From an uncultured Clostridia bacterium (GTDB lineage Bacteria; Bacillota; Clostridia; Christensenellales; UBA1242), in assembly GCA_944383915.1 (NCBI GenBank), contig CALWRJ010000013.1:28743-92742 (forward strand): a stretch of DNA of 64,000 bases, in the 5' to 3' direction. A model generated the notes under the pieces. It was given only the letters and a program-made list of their open reading frames with translations, was not told the origin of the DNA and did no database searches. Position numbers and translations under genes: made by a program. How positions within the stretch are numbered: position 1 is the first letter of the stretch; each line of letters begins with the position of its first letter. Positions 60,667 through 64,000 of the stretch are shown here, in pieces.

Positions 60667-61641
60667 ATGAAAAAAATCGGAGTTTTAACAAGCGGTGGAG
60701 ACGCACCAGGTATGAACGCTTGTTTAAAAACTGTTGTAGAAATGTCATATAACTACGGTTATGAATGCATCGCTTTTCGTATGGGGTATAAAGGCCTAAT
60801 CGAAAATGACTATTACAAAATAACAAAGGACGATGTAAAAAGCATTTTTAATCTAGGTGGTAGTTATATTTATTCGGCTCGTAGCAAAGAGTTTATGCAA
60901 GACGAGTATCGCCAAATTGCAGTGCAAAATATCAAAAAGTCGGGCATAAAAGCGCTTATTGTGATAGGTGGAAATGGTACTTATCTTGGTGCAAAAGATT
61001 TATCAGATTTAGGCGTAAATATTATTGCAATTCCTGCTACAATTGATAACGATGTCCACTCAACCGAAAGTTCGCTCGGTTTTGATAGTGCGGTAAATAA
61101 TGCAACCGATATGATTGATAATATAAAACAAACTATGCAGGCAAACGAAAGAATTTCAATTATAGAATGTATGGGAAGATACGGCGGAAATATCGCTCTT
61201 TATAGCGCTATGGCAAGTCAAGCCGACATTGTTGCTGTTCCAGAAGATCCGCTTGATTTAGAGCATATTTATCGTTTTATTGCAGACCAAATTAAACACG
61301 GAAATAATAGCCCAACTCTTGTAGTTGCAGAAAAACAATACGATGTTTTTAAATTAGCAAAAGACATTGAAAGAGATTTTAATCACGAATGCCGTGCTGT
61401 AATTTTAGGTTATATGCAACGAGGGGGTGCACCAACCGTAAAAGACCGAATGTCCGCTATTCGATATGGCGTTTCCGCTGTTGAATGCATTGATGCAGGT
61501 ATTATGAATGTTGCGATAGGTCTTAAGAATGATAAAATTGTGACAACTCCTATTGCAGAAGCAGTAAAAATGCATACAAACTTTAGACAAGATTTGTATG
61601 ATTCGTTTAAATTACTTAATAATCCTCGCAATAAGGCTTAA
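60667..61641 (+). CDS. pfkA: 6-phosphofructokinase
   Basis: TSGGDAPGMN, TIDND, ECMGR, LGYMQRGG. Confidence 0.93.
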   Translation: MKKIGVLTSGGDAPGMNACLKTVVEMSYNYGYECIAFRMGYKGLIENDYYKITKDDVKSIFNLGGSYIYSARSKEFMQDEYRQIAVQNIKKSGIKALIVIGGNGTYLGAKDLSDLGVNIIAIPATIDNDVHSTESSLGFDSAVNNATDMIDNIKQTMQANERISIIECMGRYGGNIALYSAMASQADIVAVPEDPLDLEHIYRFIADQIKHGNNSPTLVVAEKQYDVFKLAKDIERDFNHECRAVILGYMQRGGAPTVKDRMSAIRYGVSAVECIDAGIMNVAIGLKNDKIVTTPIAEAVKMHTNFRQDLYDSFKLLNNPRNKA

Positions 61642-61782
61642 GGGAAGTAAATTTTACTTCTTTTTTGTTTTTTACTCAAAATTTAAACATTCTTTGCATA
61701 AATATTCCAAAAATGCCTTATTTTGTTTGTCTTTTTCGTCAAACTTTGCTAAAATTATACAAACAGAAAAGGGGAGTATGTT

Positions 61783-61983
61783 ATGCCGTTTCAAATTATA
61801 TGTGCAAGAAATAAAGGTTTTTGGAGCAAAATCGTAACTGCAATTTGTGGCTTTGCTCTCGTAATTGTTGCTATGGCGGTCGTTTTCCCAATTTCATCAG
61901 TTGATAATACCCAATCAGCCACTCAAATCGATTCATTTGCAACTATTACCACAGAAACTCAAGCCGAACAAGAAAATGCTTAA
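61783..61983 (+). CDS. Small single-TM/secreted peptide
   Basis: GGGGAG RBS; hydrophobic helix; terminator at ~61990-62015. Confidence 0.55.
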   Translation: MPFQIICARNKGFWSKIVTAICGFALVIVAMAVVFPISSVDNTQSATQIDSFATITTETQAEQENA

Positions 61984-62298
61984 CATTTAAGTCACTTACT
62001 AAAGTGGCTTTTTTGTTTTTAATAATTAAATTTATTAGTAATAATCACCAGATATTGTTAAAATTAAAAAAACTGAAAATTTTTGTAAAACTATGTAATT
62101 TTTATTTTGTGATTTTCAAGTTTTTGAGTATACTAGATTTATAAAGGGGAACAAAATATGCAAAAATTACAATTTTCCCTTAAATATGGGCTTTTATTTC
62201 AAAACTACAAACAAAAATCAATTTAAGCAAATTTAATATAAAACTTTAACGCAATAAATTGCGTTTTTTCGCGTTTACAAAAAAAGGGGGGCGTCTAA

Positions 62299-64000
62299 TT
62301 GGCGTTTAGGGAACTATCTACTAAATATAAATTTTACACAATTCTTTGTGCCATAATTTTTGTTTTAGCGGTTGGCGATACGGTATTAGGTATTTTACTT
62401 TCGAATAAATCTCCTTCTACAAAAGCGCTTACTTCTGGTGATTATGAATATGAAATAGTAAATGGTACTGCGGAGATAACATATTATGAATATACTAGTA
62501 CGACATCATGATTAACCATACCTAGTACATTAGGTGGATATAGAGTCACGAGTATTGGGGATGAAGCTTTTTGGGATAGTGAAAATTTAACTTCAGTAAC
62601 AATACCAAGTGGTGTTACAAATATAGGAAATCATGCATTTCGTAATTGTACTAATTTATCTTCACTATCAATACCGAGCACTGTCACTACTATAGGGTTT
62701 AATGCGTTTCGAGATTGTACAAGTTTAAGAACAGTAACATTACCGAGTAATCTTACAAGCATAGGAACTTGGGCATTTGGAGATAGCGGGTTGACATCGA
62801 TAACAATACCAAGTAGTCTCAAAAGCATACCTACATATTTATTTGGGAATTGTGAAAATTTATCCTCGGTTACTATATCTAATGGTGTAACAAGTATTGG
62901 AAGTTATGCATTTTATGGTTGTACCAGTATAACCTCAATTACAATACCGAGTAGCATCACAAGTATAGCATATGATGCATTTAATAATTGTCCAAAATTA
63001 AATTCATTTTCAGTAAATTCAAGCAATCAAACATATAAAAGTGTAAATGGTGTAATATATTCTAAAGATGGTAGCATTATAGTAATGTATCCGAGAGGTA
63101 AGTCGGGTAGTTATACTATAGTATCAGGGACAACTACGATTGGGGAGTCTGCGTTTGAATATACTGAAAATTTAACTTCGGTAACAATACCAAGTAGTGT
63201 AACAAGTATTGGCACATATGCATTTTATAGTTCTCTCAAATTAGAATCAGTCATAATAGGAAGTGGTGTTAGGACTATAGATGATAGGGCATTTTATTAT
63301 TGTCCATTATTAGAATCTGTAACAATGGGAAGTAATGTTACTAGTATTGGAAATTCTGCTTTTGAAGATTGCACTAGTTTAACTTCAGTAACAATACCAA
63401 GTCGTGTAACAAGCATTGGAAGTTCTGCTTTTCGTTATTGTGACATCTTAACTTATGTAGATTTTGAAAATAATATAACAAGCGATTCTAATATGATAGG
63501 TTCTAATGCTTTTAGAAATAATGGCTCAAATGTAGAGTATCATTTTAAAGATTATAAAAGTTATTATTATGCACTTAACTATCACAGTTCAAAATTTACA
63601 AGCACAAATAATTTTACCTATGATGGACCAATACAGTATATAATCACATTTGCTGTAAATAATCCAACTTATGGCTCGATAAATTATTCAGGTAGCAATT
63701 GGTATAATAGTGGCGTAAGCTTAACACTGCAAGCAACTGCATATCCAGATTATCGTTTTGTAGGCTGGAGTACAAATGGTGGTTATTCAATAACATCAAC
63801 AAGTAACCCTTATACAATAACCGTTTCACGACAAATAACCTATACTGCTGTATTTGATGAAAATTCACTTAATATTATAACAAACACAGACGGACACGGT
63901 ACAATTTCAGCAACCGCTAGTACTGTTCAATATGGAGGCAGTGTAACGGTAACTGCAGCACCGTCTAGTTCTAGTTATGAATTTAACTATTTCACGGTTA
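62299..64000 (+). pseudogene. BspA-type LRR plus InlB-B-repeat surface protein with one in-frame TGA (62509-62511); runs off the window edge
   Basis: ...TSTTS*LTIPSTLGGYRVTSIG continues in frame through many LRRs; N-terminus is paralogous to 39929. Confidence 0.85.

Noticed and set aside
62509-62511. TGA recoding (Trp/Gly/Sec) or alternative genetic code
   Set aside because: TGA ends rbgA and acpS at expected positions, Trp uses TGG, and CGG/AGG occur at conserved Arg sites (yigZ VVRYF, ffh EIRIAL).

Overview
Low-GC chromosomal window from a spore-forming Clostridia-type Firmicute (spoIIE, SigK/SigG-like promoters; lineage is inference). Core genes include ylxM-ffh-rpsP-rimM-trmD-rbgA-yraN-rplS, rpsL-rpsG-fusA-tuf, tyrS-yigZ-recX-acpS-mazF, spoIIE-tilS and uvrC-murB-whiA-dnaE-pfkA, plus a stand-alone tRNA-Ala/tRNA-Ile pair. 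Three accessory signals stand out. (1) Downstream of tRNA-Ile lies an array of structured, covarying non-coding units, punctuated by an exact 52-bp copy of the tRNA 3' end and carrying a 13-nt tRNA-antisense segment. (2) Four apparently leaderless mini-XRE repressors each have their own palindromic operator; three face a divergent sigma-A promoter that drives a surface or membrane gene. (3) A paralogous LRR/InlB-B surface-protein family shows a conserved signal peptide, C-terminal tail and 3' UTR, with truncation, nonsense and tail-duplication scars. Also present: a uORF-attenuated ABC-F, a structured rpsL leader, an unusual S12 P91V, and unannotated small ORFs. All calls come from reading the sequence; no database searches were run.
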